Below are positions 48,122-59,728 of a DNA stretch of 64,000 nucleotides, piece after piece. Position 1 is the first letter of the stretch, and every line of letters starts with the position of its first letter. The position numbers and the translations under genes were made by a program. The DNA comes from Alphaproteobacteria bacterium (GTDB lineage Bacteria > Pseudomonadota > Alphaproteobacteria > Rickettsiales > SXRF01): positions 12,274-76,273 of the forward strand of contig JBFWQQ010000001.1 in NCBI GenBank assembly GCA_050249355.1, written 5' to 3'. The notes beneath the pieces were generated by a model that had not been told where the DNA came from, ran no database searches, and saw nothing but the letters and a program-made list of their open reading frames with translations.

Positions 48122-49413
48122 ACGTTCCTGCCTTTGTATGCCAGTACCGGCGACAGGAAGGTAATGAGCCGCTCGACCGCGCCGCCAAGGGATTCCACAC
48201 AGTTGCGTGCCTGTCTTTGCAACAGGTGCGTTTTCTGTTCGTTGCCGAGCAGTACCGAAAGCTGTGCCGCCAGGTCAGCCGCATTCTTCACGCGGATACA
48301 GCCCCCGGCTGCTTCCAGTTTATCGAACACATCGGTGAAATTATAGGTGTACGGGCCGGTAAGGATAGCGGTGGAAAGCCGCGCCGGTTCCAGCGGGTTC
48401 TGCCCGCCATGCGGCACCAGCGAGCCACCCATGAACGCTACGGTGCACAGCCGGTAGAATAACCCCAGCTCACCCATAGTATCGGCAATATACAGTGACG
48501 TGTCGGCGGCGATGGAATCCCCACGCGAGCGCAGGGCAACACGGTGATTCTTGCCAAGTTCCTGCGACAACGCCGCGCCGCGTTGCGGGTGGCGCGGTAC
48601 GATGAGAGTAAGAAGGTTCGGGCGCGTTGCGCTAAGCAATGTGTGGGCCTCGAGTATCTGTTTTTCTTCGTCCGGATGGGTGCTCGCCGCCAGAAGAAGC
48701 GTACGTCCTTTGGTTTTTTCTTTCAGCCATGCAAGTTTTTCTTCGTCACAGGCGAGTGGGCGTGCATCGTATTTCAGGTTTCCGACGCATTGCACTGGAT
48801 GTGCGCCTAGTGCCGAGAGCCGCTGTGCATCCTGCTCTGTCTGTGCAAAAACAAAATCGAATGCCTGCATCATGCGCCGCGCCATGCGCGGCCGTTTATT
48901 CCATCCACGGAATGATCGTTCCGATATGCGACCATTGATCACGCCCATGAAACATTGCCAGCGGTTCGCCGCACCGATCAGGTTCGGCCAGAATTCGGAT
49001 TCCACCCACATGGCGAGGTCGGGCCGCCAGTGGCGCATGAAACGTTCGGTGGCATCGGGCGTATCGACCGGGGCATACTGATGGATAACACCGGCGGGCA
49101 GGCGGGCTGCCATCAGCCGTGCGGAGGTTACGGTACCGGTGGTCAGCAGATACTTCATATGCGGGTATTGCTTAAGCATCAACTCTATCAGCAGCAGCAC
49201 TGAATTTGCCTCGCCCACACTGGCCGCATGTATCCAGCATAACCTGCCCAATGGGCGCTGGGCAGAAGGATGTCCCAGCCGCTCCTGCCCGCGCGCGGCA
49301 TCTTCTTTGCCGCGCCAGCGGCGAAGCTCCAGCCATAGCGGAACCAGCGGCGCGACCGCATGGCTCAAAACCCGATACAAGTCAGGCATGATCTGCCTGC
49401 TTAAGCAATTCAT
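48118..49413 (-). CDS. waaA: 3-deoxy-D-manno-octulosonic acid transferase
   Basis: 431 aa; WIHAASVGE, PRHPQR, GGSLVPHGGQNPLEPA; start may be ATG 49389. Confidence 0.9.
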   Translation of the reverse strand: MNCLSRQIMPDLYRVLSHAVAPLVPLWLELRRWRGKEDAARGQERLGHPSAQRPLGRLCWIHAASVGEANSVLLLIELMLKQYPHMKYLLTTGTVTSARLMAARLPAGVIHQYAPVDTPDATERFMRHWRPDLAMWVESEFWPNLIGAANRWQCFMGVINGRISERSFRGWNKRPRMARRMMQAFDFVFAQTEQDAQRLSALGAHPVQCVGNLKYDARPLACDEEKLAWLKEKTKGRTLLLAASTHPDEEKQILEAHTLLSATRPNLLTLIVPRHPQRGAALSQELGKNHRVALRSRGDSIAADTSLYIADTMGELGLFYRLCTVAFMGGSLVPHGGQNPLEPARLSTAILTGPYTYNFTDVFDKLEAAGGCIRVKNAADLAAQLSVLLGNEQKTHLLQRQARNCVESLGGAVERLITFLSPVLAYKGRNV

Positions 49414-50038
49414 TCATGGCCCGCTCGATGGTGGTTCGTGCCAGTTCTTCATCGGCATCTTCGGTGATATGGATGGGTTTGCCAATCAAAAAGCGAATAC
49501 GCCCGAATGGCAGCGCCAGCATAAATTGATCCCAGCTACGCATGCGCTTGTGGCGGCTGGAATGGAAGGTAACCGGCAGCACGGGCCGTCCGGAAAATTT
49601 TGCAATGGCCGATACACCCTTAGCAGCTACACACGCCGGGCCACGCGGCCCATCAGGGGTGATGCTGATATTGTCGCCCGCCTGTAGAAGTTTTAGAATG
49701 CCGGTGACGGCTTCCTTGCCGCCGCGGCTGGTAGAGCCGCTCACGGTTTTCTGTCCGAAATGACCGATAACCTGCGAGATGAGTTTACCGTCACGATGCA
49801 GCGAGATAAGGACATGCATCTGGCGCTGAGGCGGACAGAAAGCAGGCAGCAACATCATTCGGCCATGCCAGAAGGCAAAGATACCGTTCTCATTTCCCTG
49901 CAGATAGCGCAGCGCTTCGGGGTGAACATGTTTCTCGACCCGGCTGGTGATCCTGACCAGCACGATATACCCCGCCAGCAGCCAGCTGAGGCCGTATTGC
50001 GTGGCCCGATGTTTGAGGATTTTTTTGCCAAGGGCCAT
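49382..50038 (-). CDS. DUF374-domain lysophospholipid acyltransferase-like protein
   Basis: 218 aa; FAFWHGRM, SLHRDGKLIS, GGKEA, ITPDGPRGP; conserved partner of waaA/msbA in alphaproteobacteria. Confidence 0.75.
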   Translation of the reverse strand: MALGKKILKHRATQYGLSWLLAGYIVLVRITSRVEKHVHPEALRYLQGNENGIFAFWHGRMMLLPAFCPPQRQMHVLISLHRDGKLISQVIGHFGQKTVSGSTSRGGKEAVTGILKLLQAGDNISITPDGPRGPACVAAKGVSAIAKFSGRPVLPVTFHSSRHKRMRSWDQFMLALPFGRIRFLIGKPIHITEDADEELARTTIERAMNELLKQADHA

Positions 50039-50041
50039 GGG

Positions 50042-51805
<1,764 letters not shown>

Positions 51806-51807
51806 GG

Positions 51808-53151
51808 TTATACACCTGCAATGGTCATGGCGTCTATGCGCAGGGTGGGCGAATTGGCGGCATATAGGAATTCGAGGTCATTGGCCGGTGTGGCGTGTGC
51901 GAACATATCGGCAAGATTGCCTGCAATGGTGATTTCGGAAACCGGGTGGGCGATTTCCCCGTTAATGATGGCCAGTCCGGATGCTCCCTGGCTGTAGTCA
52001 CCGGTAACGGTGTTGATGCCCATGCCGAATGTTTCGGTAATGTATACACCGTGTTTTATATCCTGTATCAGTTCCTCCGGCGACAGCGTGCCGTTATGCA
52101 TGTAAAGGTTCGATGCCGCAGGCGAGGGCGGTGAGCCCAATGCGCGCGCCGCATGCCCGGTGGTGATAAGTCCCAGCTTGTTGGCCGTGCGCACGTCCAG
52201 CAGCCAGCTTTTTAGCATTCCATCTTCAACCAGATGGCACGCCTGTGTCTTCACGCCTTCGCCGTCAAACGGGCGCGAAGCAAGGCCGCGCACGATCAGC
52301 GGGTCATCCGTTATGGTGATGCCCGGCGCAAACACGGGTTGATTCATTTTATTTTTCAGGAAGCTGGTGCCACGGGCGATCGCGCTGCCGGAAATGCTGC
52401 GTGCGAAAATGCCAAGCAGGCTGCGCGCCGTGCGTGGGTCAAACACCACCGGCATGGCTTGGGTAGCGATTTTCTGTGGGTTCAGGCGGCGCAGTGCCCG
52501 GCAGGCTGCTTGGATGCCGATGCTTTGCGGACTGAACAGGTCGGCACAGTGCCGCGCAGAGCTGTAGGCATGGTCGCGTTCCATTGTATCGCCTGTCCCC
52601 GCGAGCAAAGATGCAGAAATGGAAAACATGCTTTTACGGTAGCAATGCGCAAAGCGGATATCGTTGTCACCCGCAGCAAGGCAGAGTATGGTCTGGTTAT
52701 GGCTGGTGTGCGCGCCTTCGGAATTGGTAATGCCATCTATGTCGCGTCCGGCATCTTCGGCGATCCGGCTTTGCTCCTGCAACCAAGCAATATCAGGCAC
52801 CATGCCATCTTCCAGATTAAGATCGGGAATCGTGTCGGGATACAAGGAAGCATCCGCTAGTGTGCTGTCGGGGTCGTCGGTGGCGGCGCGCGCCATGGTC
52901 ACAGCCTGATCTGCCAGTTGCCTGAGAGCATCTGTGTGCATGCCGGTCGTAGATACGACAGCCTGTTTGTGGCCGCACAGTACACGCAGCCCGATAGCCG
53001 CGCTTTCGGAGCGCTCAATATCTTCGGGCTGGCCCATACGGTAGCCTGCAGAAATGTCCGTGCTTGCGATGAACAATCCGTCGGCTGCATCGGCGCCACA
53101 ACGGCGCGCCTGAGTGATGAGCCAGGATAGAGTATCAAGTTCTTTTTGCAT
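51808..53151 (-). CDS. pmbA: TldD/PmbA-family metalloprotease (PmbA-like)
   Basis: 447 aa; family-wide pattern incl. C-terminal GMGINTVTGDYS.GASG..I.NGE. Confidence 0.75.
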   Translation of the reverse strand: MQKELDTLSWLITQARRCGADAADGLFIASTDISAGYRMGQPEDIERSESAAIGLRVLCGHKQAVVSTTGMHTDALRQLADQAVTMARAATDDPDSTLADASLYPDTIPDLNLEDGMVPDIAWLQEQSRIAEDAGRDIDGITNSEGAHTSHNQTILCLAAGDNDIRFAHCYRKSMFSISASLLAGTGDTMERDHAYSSARHCADLFSPQSIGIQAACRALRRLNPQKIATQAMPVVFDPRTARSLLGIFARSISGSAIARGTSFLKNKMNQPVFAPGITITDDPLIVRGLASRPFDGEGVKTQACHLVEDGMLKSWLLDVRTANKLGLITTGHAARALGSPPSPAASNLYMHNGTLSPEELIQDIKHGVYITETFGMGINTVTGDYSQGASGLAIINGEIAHPVSEITIAGNLADMFAHATPANDLEFLYAANSPTLRIDAMTIAGV

Positions 53152-53275
53152 GACCCCAAGGGTTTAAATTAAAAAGTATGTATTGGCAATGCATACACAG
53201 CTATGCAGATAAAGGAGTTGCCTGTTTTTGTTTTTTAAGTAAATATGGTGGGTGATTCAGTTTAAAATGTGACGA

Positions 53276-53695
53276 TTGGCCTTGTCCTCAACCTCAGCCA
53301 GACCTAAAGTTTTTCGCCTGCCGGTAGCAGAACCGGAGGCACAGGACGGGCGTGCGCGCCAATTATTCGACTGGCTTGCCCTTAATAAACCTGCCGTAAG
53401 TATTACATTGGTGCTGGCATTGATGGCGGTAACCATGACCGGGCTTTCTAAGGAAAACAAAGCCAAACCCGAGCAACTGAAAAAAAATGAAGATAATTTT
53501 ACTTTCTTTGCGCCGGACGCACAAAGGGCGAGGGGAGCAGACCAACCGTTTGTTATAAAGGATGAAAATAGCGAAATTGTCGGCCAGATTACCAAAATAC
53601 CAGCCGAAGGAGAAGAGTTGAATCAAATAAAATCCACTACAGATGTTGACAACAGGACGCAACGGGATTTACTGTCAGTCGTCAATAAACATTAA
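53276..53695 (+). CDS. hypothetical protein with one TM helix
   Basis: 139-aa ORF with TTG start; hydrophobic segment AVSITLVLALMAVTMTGL; no motif; true start uncertain. Confidence 0.35.
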   Translation: MALSSTSARPKVFRLPVAEPEAQDGRARQLFDWLALNKPAVSITLVLALMAVTMTGLSKENKAKPEQLKKNEDNFTFFAPDAQRARGADQPFVIKDENSEIVGQITKIPAEGEELNQIKSTTDVDNRTQRDLLSVVNKH

Positions 53696-53713
53696 CCATT
53701 AGTGGGTTCCATT

Positions 53714-54736
53714 ATGTTCAAGTCATTTGCGTTTGCGGCGCTTGCGTCGCTGGTGGTCTGTTCGTCGGCAGCATTTGCCGCAGGTAAGGCAGATATTTTG
53801 GGTATCGTGACCGGGCCAAAGACCGGAACCTATTTCGCTTTCGGCAAAGATATTTCGGAGGTGAGCGCCAAAGCGGGTGTGAATGTGGAGGCAAAAACCT
53901 CGGAAGGTTCCATCGATAACATCAAGCGTATCAACAGTGCCGAGAATGCTGCGGTGGGTATTGTGCAATCCGATGTGCTGGGTTTCCTTGCGCGTTCAAA
54001 AAGCCCCGATTCGATCAAAATGGCAAGTAACCTGCGCATGATCTTTCCGTTCTACAATGAGGAAGTACACATTCTGGCTCGTAAAGAAATTAAAAACTTT
54101 TCAGATTTGGAAGGCAAGAAAGTTGCCATTGGTGAAGAAGGAAGCGGAAATATGCTGACCTCAATTAACCTGTTTTCCATGATGAATGTGAACCCGGCGG
54201 AAATGAAAAAGATCTCGCCGGCGCAGGGTGTGGTATCGGTGCTGCGCGGCGAACTGGACGCCGTGGTATCGGTGGCTGGCAAGCCGGTGCGACTGTTCAA
54301 GAACCTCGAAGACCTGACGCTGCCGGAAAACCAGAAATACGCGCCCATGCTCGATCAGGTACATTTCCTGTCGCTCGATAATCCCAAAATGCTGGAAGAA
54401 TATAAGCCAGCCGAAATCGCCAAGACCGATTATAATTTCGTGAAACAGGCCGTGCCTACTATTGCGGTGCAAGCCGTACTGGTGTCGTACGATTTTGCAG
54501 GCACCGGCAGTAAACGCCGCTGCGATATGCTGGCGGGCATGGCCAAAGCCGTGCGCGACCATATAGAAGAGCTGAAAAAAACCGGTCACCCGAAATGGAA
54601 AGAGGTCGATCTTGATGGCAAGACGGCGTACTGGAAGAAGGACAGCTGCGTATGGCCGGATGCTGCCGGGCAGGCTGCAGAAGATTCCAAAGGCCTTGAG
54701 CACGACCTGATCACCATCATCGAAGGCGCGAATTAG
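53714..54736 (+). CDS. TAXI-family TRAP-type solute-binding protein
   Basis: signal peptide MFKSFAFAALASLVVCSSAAFA; ILGIVTGPKTGTYFAFGKDI, GSIDNI..I, VGIVQSD, VHILAR, KVAIGEEGSG; no DctQ/DctM permease nearby. Confidence 0.75.
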   Translation: MFKSFAFAALASLVVCSSAAFAAGKADILGIVTGPKTGTYFAFGKDISEVSAKAGVNVEAKTSEGSIDNIKRINSAENAAVGIVQSDVLGFLARSKSPDSIKMASNLRMIFPFYNEEVHILARKEIKNFSDLEGKKVAIGEEGSGNMLTSINLFSMMNVNPAEMKKISPAQGVVSVLRGELDAVVSVAGKPVRLFKNLEDLTLPENQKYAPMLDQVHFLSLDNPKMLEEYKPAEIAKTDYNFVKQAVPTIAVQAVLVSYDFAGTGSKRRCDMLAGMAKAVRDHIEELKKTGHPKWKEVDLDGKTAYWKKDSCVWPDAAGQAAEDSKGLEHDLITIIEGAN

Positions 54737-54790
54737 TTTTTGATCACGCCCAGGCGTCGCCAGCGCTGAGCTCACCCATGTTTTTTACTG

Positions 54791-55888
54791 CTAAAACAGG
54801 TGGCCGGATTTTTTTGCCTTGGCGTCCAGATAGGCCTGGTTATATTTTCCGGCGCCTGTTTTTAATGGTACGCGCTCTGTGATCGCGATGCCGTAATGCC
54901 TAAGCTTCTCGATCTTTGCCGGATTATTGGTCATCAGGCGCACCTGTCCGATACCCAGCTTGCTGAGCATTTCCGCGGCCAGCGTAAAATCACGTTCGTC
55001 TTCGTCATATCCGAGCATTAAGTTCGCATCGTAGGTGTCGAAGCCCTTTTCCTGCAGCGCGTAGGCGCGTATTTTGTTGGCGATGCCGATACCGCGTCCT
55101 TCCTGATGTAAGTAGAGCAGCACGCCGTGGCCCGCTTCTTGAATTTGCCCAAGGGCCACCTGCAACTGGTCGCCGCAGTCGCAGCGCAGGCTGCCCAATA
55201 TGTCACCGGTGATGCACGACGAATGCACACGGATCAGCGGCGCATGTTGTTTTTCCGGTTCACCGACCAGCAGTGCCAGATGCGTTGACGTTCCAAAACG
55301 GGTGCGGAAGCAATAGATGCGGGTGTCTTCGGCGCCCTGCACCGGCAGGTTCGCATGGGTAACTTCCACTATATCCAGCGGCGGCGCGGCCCAGTATCCG
55401 GCAATATCTTCCATATTCACATCCAGCCACTGTGACGGAAAATCGCTGTCCTGAATAAGTAACATGGCGGGCAGCAACGTTGCATGTTTGGCCAGCGTAA
55501 TAAGCGTGCCATATATGCTTTGCGCAGACAGTAGTTTGATATCGGGCAGGTCGGCCTGTTTGGCCAGCGGATCGGCGAGGCTGCGCATCTGCTCCAGCGT
55601 CCAGCCGGAAACATCCACACATACCACGCCCTCTTTGGTCTCGCTTAATTTCAGGTGGTTGGCACGCGCGCCGGTGATAAGCAAGCGCAGATTTTCCTGC
55701 GGCAAACCGGCAAAAAGCTGCGGTGTTATCCCTTCAAGCGGGCAGGCTCCCATGGAGGTATCCTGCGTATCAAACACAATACCTAATTGGCGGCGCAGCT
55801 GGTCGACCGCACGCCCGGCGGCCAGATGCTGCATACTGATAATGCCATCTTCGTTAATTCGTTCCATCACGTTCTTTTCCAGTCTCAC
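54791..55888 (-). CDS. ribA: GTP cyclohydrolase II with degenerate N-terminal DHBP-synthase-like domain
   Basis: 365 aa; C-terminal VHSSCITGDILGSLRCDCGDQL, YLHQEGRGIG..NK..AY.LQ; N-terminal ~170 aa lack the RibB acidic catalytic motifs. Confidence 0.8.
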   Translation of the reverse strand: MRLEKNVMERINEDGIISMQHLAAGRAVDQLRRQLGIVFDTQDTSMGACPLEGITPQLFAGLPQENLRLLITGARANHLKLSETKEGVVCVDVSGWTLEQMRSLADPLAKQADLPDIKLLSAQSIYGTLITLAKHATLLPAMLLIQDSDFPSQWLDVNMEDIAGYWAAPPLDIVEVTHANLPVQGAEDTRIYCFRTRFGTSTHLALLVGEPEKQHAPLIRVHSSCITGDILGSLRCDCGDQLQVALGQIQEAGHGVLLYLHQEGRGIGIANKIRAYALQEKGFDTYDANLMLGYDEDERDFTLAAEMLSKLGIGQVRLMTNNPAKIEKLRHYGIAITERVPLKTGAGKYNQAYLDAKAKKSGHLF

Positions 55889-55909
55889 TGTGCACGGTAG
55901 CGTAATCTA

Positions 55910-56368
55910 TCAGGTTTTTTGATAGATGAAACCTTTTGCAGGATATACCGCACCAAAATTACGTGATCCGGCGGTCTGGAAGCGTACATTTGTCCAGTCG
56001 TTGCGGGCAGACACGTCAATTACCGTCATGGCGTCATAGATAAGGCCGCGGCCAAAGGCATCCTTCCCCCAGTTGGCATGGGTTACTACAATGGTGCGCG
56101 GCTCGACCACCTGCCGTACCACCGCCACATGTCCATGACGTAATTTTGCGGTTTGTGATAGCACCAGCACAGCCCCTGGCCATGGGCGCTGGCCGCGTAG
56201 ATAGCCTGATTGCGGCGCTTTATTCCACCATTCATGGGCGTTGCCACGTATCTGGATGCCCGAAAGCTCGCGCGCATACGGCACACATTGCGTGTAAGAA
56301 CCAGAGCCACTTGGCCCGGAAGAACAGGCACTTAGGCCCAGAATTGTCAAAATCATCAAAAACCGCAT
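55910..56368 (-). CDS. CHAP-domain lipoprotein (peptidoglycan amidase/peptidase-like)
   Basis: lipobox ILGLSAC; catalytic-type C (YTQCVPYAR) and H (GHVAVV) of CHAP domains; the remaining 5' part of the 371-aa track ORF is antisense to rlmN and rejected. Confidence 0.7.
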   Translation of the reverse strand: MRFLMILTILGLSACSSGPSGSGSYTQCVPYARELSGIQIRGNAHEWWNKAPQSGYLRGQRPWPGAVLVLSQTAKLRHGHVAVVRQVVEPRTIVVTHANWGKDAFGRGLIYDAMTVIDVSARNDWTNVRFQTAGSRNFGAVYPAKGFIYQKT

Positions 56369-56461
56369 AGGCAGCAGCATACATCCTGTGGATGTCGCTA
56401 GCAAGCAAAGCAAAAGAAACGATTTCTTTAAGGGGGCGGGTAGGCTATACAGGCAGCCATC

Positions 56462-57568
56462 ATGAACCAAAGAATAAATATTATCGGTCTCAGCCTGCTG
56501 GAGTTGCAAGAAAGGCTGGTTGAACACGGCTTTGAAAAATACCGTGCCGCGCAGATATGGGGTTGGCTGTATAAAAAAGGTGCTCACGATTTTTCGGTGA
56601 TGAGCAGTATCGCTAAGCCGCAGCAGGCCAAATTGGCCGAATTGTTCTCGCTGGAGCGTCCGGAAATTTCCAAGAACCTCACCTCGTTCGACAACACGCG
56701 CAAATGGCTGCTGAAATTTGAAGACGGCAACCAGGTGGAGACCGTGTTCATTCCCGAAGAAGACCGCGGGGCACTCTGCGTTTCCTCGCAGGTAGGCTGC
56801 ACGCTTTCCTGCAGCTTTTGCCACACCGGCACCATGAAGCTGGTGCGCAACCTGACTGCCGCCGAGATCGTCGGGCAGGTGATGATCGCGCGTGACCAGC
56901 TGAACGAGTGGGACAAGCGCCGCGAGGATTGCCTGTTCACCAACATTGTGATGATGGGCATGGGCGAGCCGCTGTATAATTACGATCAGGTGGCCAAAGC
57001 ACTCAAGATCATTATGGATTCGCACGGTATCGCGCTGTCCAAACGGCGCATTACCTTATCCACATCGGGTGTGGTGCCGATGATCGAACGCTGCGGCAAG
57101 GAACTGGAAGTGAACCTGGCCATTTCCCTGCATGCCGTGCGCGATGACCTACGTGATGAGCTGGTGCCACTGAACAAGAAATACCCGCTTGCCGAATTGC
57201 TGCGTGCCTGCCGTGAATACCCGGCAGCCAGCAATGCGCGCCGCATCACCTTTGAATATGTCATGCTTAAAGGCATGAATGATACGGATGAAGACGCGCG
57301 CGAACTGTGCCGGTTGCTCAAAGGCATCCATGCCAAGGTGAACCTGATCCCATGGAACCCATGGCCGGGCGCCAAGTACGAAACCTCGTCGCGCAACCGC
57401 CAGCACGCCTTCGCCAAAATACTTAATGATGCCGGTTATTCCTCGCCTATCCGTGCTACCCGCGGGCAGGATATTTACGCCGCCTGCGGCCAGCTGAAAT
57501 CCGATTCAGAGCGCAAAAAGGGCGAAAAGGTGTGGCTGGGAAAAAATGAAACGCGCCCGCAAAACTGA
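56462..57568 (+). CDS. rlmN: 23S rRNA/tRNA (adenine-C2)-methyltransferase, radical SAM
   Basis: 368 aa; [45 protein letters not shown]. Confidence 0.9.
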   Translation: MNQRINIIGLSLLELQERLVEHGFEKYRAAQIWGWLYKKGAHDFSVMSSIAKPQQAKLAELFSLERPEISKNLTSFDNTRKWLLKFEDGNQVETVFIPEEDRGALCVSSQVGCTLSCSFCHTGTMKLVRNLTAAEIVGQVMIARDQLNEWDKRREDCLFTNIVMMGMGEPLYNYDQVAKALKIIMDSHGIALSKRRITLSTSGVVPMIERCGKELEVNLAISLHAVRDDLRDELVPLNKKYPLAELLRACREYPAASNARRITFEYVMLKGMNDTDEDARELCRLLKGIHAKVNLIPWNPWPGAKYETSSRNRQHAFAKILNDAGYSSPIRATRGQDIYAACGQLKSDSERKKGEKVWLGKNETRPQN

Positions 57569-57824
57569 ACAACTTGAAGATATGATTAATATCGGCCCGG
57601 CGATGGCAGGCTGGTTGCGACAGGCGGGCATACATAGGCCCGATGACGTGCGCGATCTCGGCGCAGTAGAATGTTACTTGCGTATCTCAACTGTTCATCG
57701 CAACGCAGCCAATCGTATGGCGCTTTATGCACTGTATGGCGCCATTCATAATGAGAATTGCACCTGGCTTGCTCCCGATATAAAAGAAATGCTCGAAGGC
57801 ATGTTACAAGAGGCGGGCAAATGA
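57546..57824 (+). CDS. TfoX C-terminal domain-only protein
   Basis: 92 aa; [19 protein letters not shown]....[17 protein letters not shown] matches TfoX_C pattern; overlaps rlmN end by 23 nt and its stop overlaps the MFS start. Confidence 0.6.
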   Translation: MKRARKTEQLEDMINIGPAMAGWLRQAGIHRPDDVRDLGAVECYLRISTVHRNAANRMALYALYGAIHNENCTWLAPDIKEMLEGMLQEAGK

Positions 57825-59077
57825 AAAAAGTCCTTGTTTCCGGTATGATTGGCAATGGCCTTGAGTGGTATGATTACGCGCTCTACGGCCAGATGGCATG
57901 GCTACTGTCGCGCCTGTTCTTCCCGGAAGGCGACGCTACGGTTGCGCTGCTTGCCACTTACGGCGTATTTGCCGCCGGTTTCATTGTGCGGCCGCTGGGG
58001 GCCATATTATTCGGCTGGATCGGCGACAAATATGGCCGCAAGCGCGCCATGGTCATCGCCGTGCTGATGATGGCGATCCCCACCGGCTGCATCGGCCTGC
58101 TGCCCACCTATGCCGAGATCGGTATTTTAGCGCCTATATTACTTACGATTATCCGCCTGCTGCAGGGCCTGTCACTGGGTGGTGAGTTTGCCGGTTCGAT
58201 GGTCTATATTGTCGAACATGCACCGCAGAATAAGCGCGGTGTGGCAGGCAGCGCGTCGCTCATCAGCCTGAATCTGGGTTTTCTGCTTGGCCTTTTGGTG
58301 GTGCAGGGATTCATGCAGGTGCTGGGAACCGAGGCATTTGAGGCATGGGGCTGGCGCATTCCGTTCCTCACCGGCATCGCCATCGGGCTGATCGGTTTTT
58401 ACATTCGCAGCCATTGCACCGAAAGCCCGGTATACGAACAAAGCCGCGCTACCGGCCAACTGGCCAAGGCACCGCTTCGCCGCGCGTTTCGTGAGCATCC
58501 ATGCGAGATATTGCAGGCGTTCGTCATCTACATGGCGGTGACCATGCCCTTTTACCTTGCCGCAGTATATTTCATCAGCTTCACCCACAAGCAGCTCGGC
58601 CTGCCGATGGAGCAGGCTATCACTTTTAACATCATCAACATATTCCTGATGGGGCTGGCCTATTATCCCGCTGCTTGGCTGTCGGACCGTTATGGCCGCA
58701 AACGAGTGATGATGACCGCAGCGATGGCAGTGTTGCTGCTGATTGTGCCGATATTCACCCTGTTCACGCCGGGTGGTGACCCGCTTACCATCGGTTTCGG
58801 CCAGGCGCTGTTCGCCTTTGTGTTGGGATTTTACCTCGGGCCGGTGGCGGCGCTCTTGGTGGAGATGTTCCCGACGCCGGTGCGCTACACCGGCATGGCG
58901 ATATCGTATAACCTGACGGCGGCGCTATTCGGTGGCACCGCGCCATTTGTGTGCGAATGGCTGATCGCGACTACAGGCAGCTATATGCCGGTCGCGTATT
59001 ATGTGATGCTATGCAATGCGGCAGCACTCATCGCCTTGTGGCGCTACCGCGACCGTTACCGTGAGCCGTTATACTGA
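57821..59077 (+). CDS. MFS transporter, metabolite:H+ symporter (ProP-like) family
   Basis: 12 TM; GNGLEWYDYALYG, RPLGAILFGWIGDKYGRKR, LLQGLSLGGEF; ATG 57821 preferred over 57758. Confidence 0.85.
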   Translation: MKKVLVSGMIGNGLEWYDYALYGQMAWLLSRLFFPEGDATVALLATYGVFAAGFIVRPLGAILFGWIGDKYGRKRAMVIAVLMMAIPTGCIGLLPTYAEIGILAPILLTIIRLLQGLSLGGEFAGSMVYIVEHAPQNKRGVAGSASLISLNLGFLLGLLVVQGFMQVLGTEAFEAWGWRIPFLTGIAIGLIGFYIRSHCTESPVYEQSRATGQLAKAPLRRAFREHPCEILQAFVIYMAVTMPFYLAAVYFISFTHKQLGLPMEQAITFNIINIFLMGLAYYPAAWLSDRYGRKRVMMTAAMAVLLLIVPIFTLFTPGGDPLTIGFGQALFAFVLGFYLGPVAALLVEMFPTPVRYTGMAISYNLTAALFGGTAPFVCEWLIATTGSYMPVAYYVMLCNAAALIALWRYRDRYREPLY

Positions 59078-59392
59078 CATGATATAATAATAGCTCAGGC
59101 CCAGATACGCGATCTCCATCACCACCGCCAGTGTGCGCTGGATGCTGCGCGGCTCGCTGGTGAATGCCCGGATCAGGAAAAAGTATTTGAAGGTATGCAC
59201 GGCAAACAGCAACATTCGCCCGGTGTGCGTGGCATAATAAATCGGGGTGATTTCGGAGAAATGCAAGATCAGGTTCAGCGGTGAGCCTTCCAGCAGCATC
59301 AGGTTGACGAATTCCGGCCGTTCCAGAAGCAACGCAGAAAGCGTAATAACCATCTGAATAAAAATAAGGGTGGTTGCGCTTAGGGTATTCAT
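59069..59392 (-). CDS. hypothetical small membrane protein
   Basis: 107-aa ORF from ATG 59392 with about 3 hydrophobic segments; only plausible ORF in this gap; 3' end overlaps MFS gene by 9 nt; no family recognised. Confidence 0.35.
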   Translation of the reverse strand: MNTLSATTLIFIQMVITLSALLLERPEFVNLMLLEGSPLNLILHFSEITPIYYATHTGRMLLFAVHTFKYFFLIRAFTSEPRSIQRTLAVVMEIAYLGLSYYYIMSV

Positions 59393-59543
59393 TTCGCCTT
59401 TCCCGTGCAGTTGCGCGCAGCATAGCAACGCGTTCGGGCGCTGTCCAGCGCGCAAACAGGGAGTTGCAGCAAAATCTTGACTTTACAGGGGGTATGGATT
59501 AGGCAGACGGTCTGCCCAGAGCGGGCGGGGTTTTCCCGCATGT

Positions 59544-59629
59544 GGAGGAGTGGCCGAGTGGTCAATGGCAGCAGACTGTAAATCTGCCCGCGTATGCGTT
59601 CGTAGGTTCAAATCCTACCTCCTCCACCA
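59544..59629 (+). tRNA. tRNA-Tyr (anticodon GTA), class II with long variable arm, encoded CCA
   Basis: acceptor GGAGGAG/CTCCTCC, anticodon stem GCAGA/TCTGC with loop CTGTAAA, variable arm CCGCGTATGCG, T arm GTAGG-TTCAAAT-CCTAC, 3' ACCA. Confidence 0.9.
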
Positions 59630-59728
59630 TTTTCCAATGCCGCATACAAAATTATGGCCCGTTTTGGGCTTGATTAATATTCGTTAATCTTTAGGGTGGT
59701 GCAAACACATGTTACACCTCATAATGTC

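Noticed and set aside
56369-57025. 5' two-thirds of the 371-aa track ORF 55910..57025
   Set aside because: This part is antisense to rlmN and has no motifs. A lipoprotein signal (MRFLMILTILGLSAC) begins at ATG 56368 and the CHAP domain follows, so only 55910-56368 is called.
59674-59687. TTAATATTCGTTAA upstream of the islet genes as a CtrA box
   Set aside because: The spacing is N6, not N7. A single occurrence in AT-rich DNA is most likely chance.
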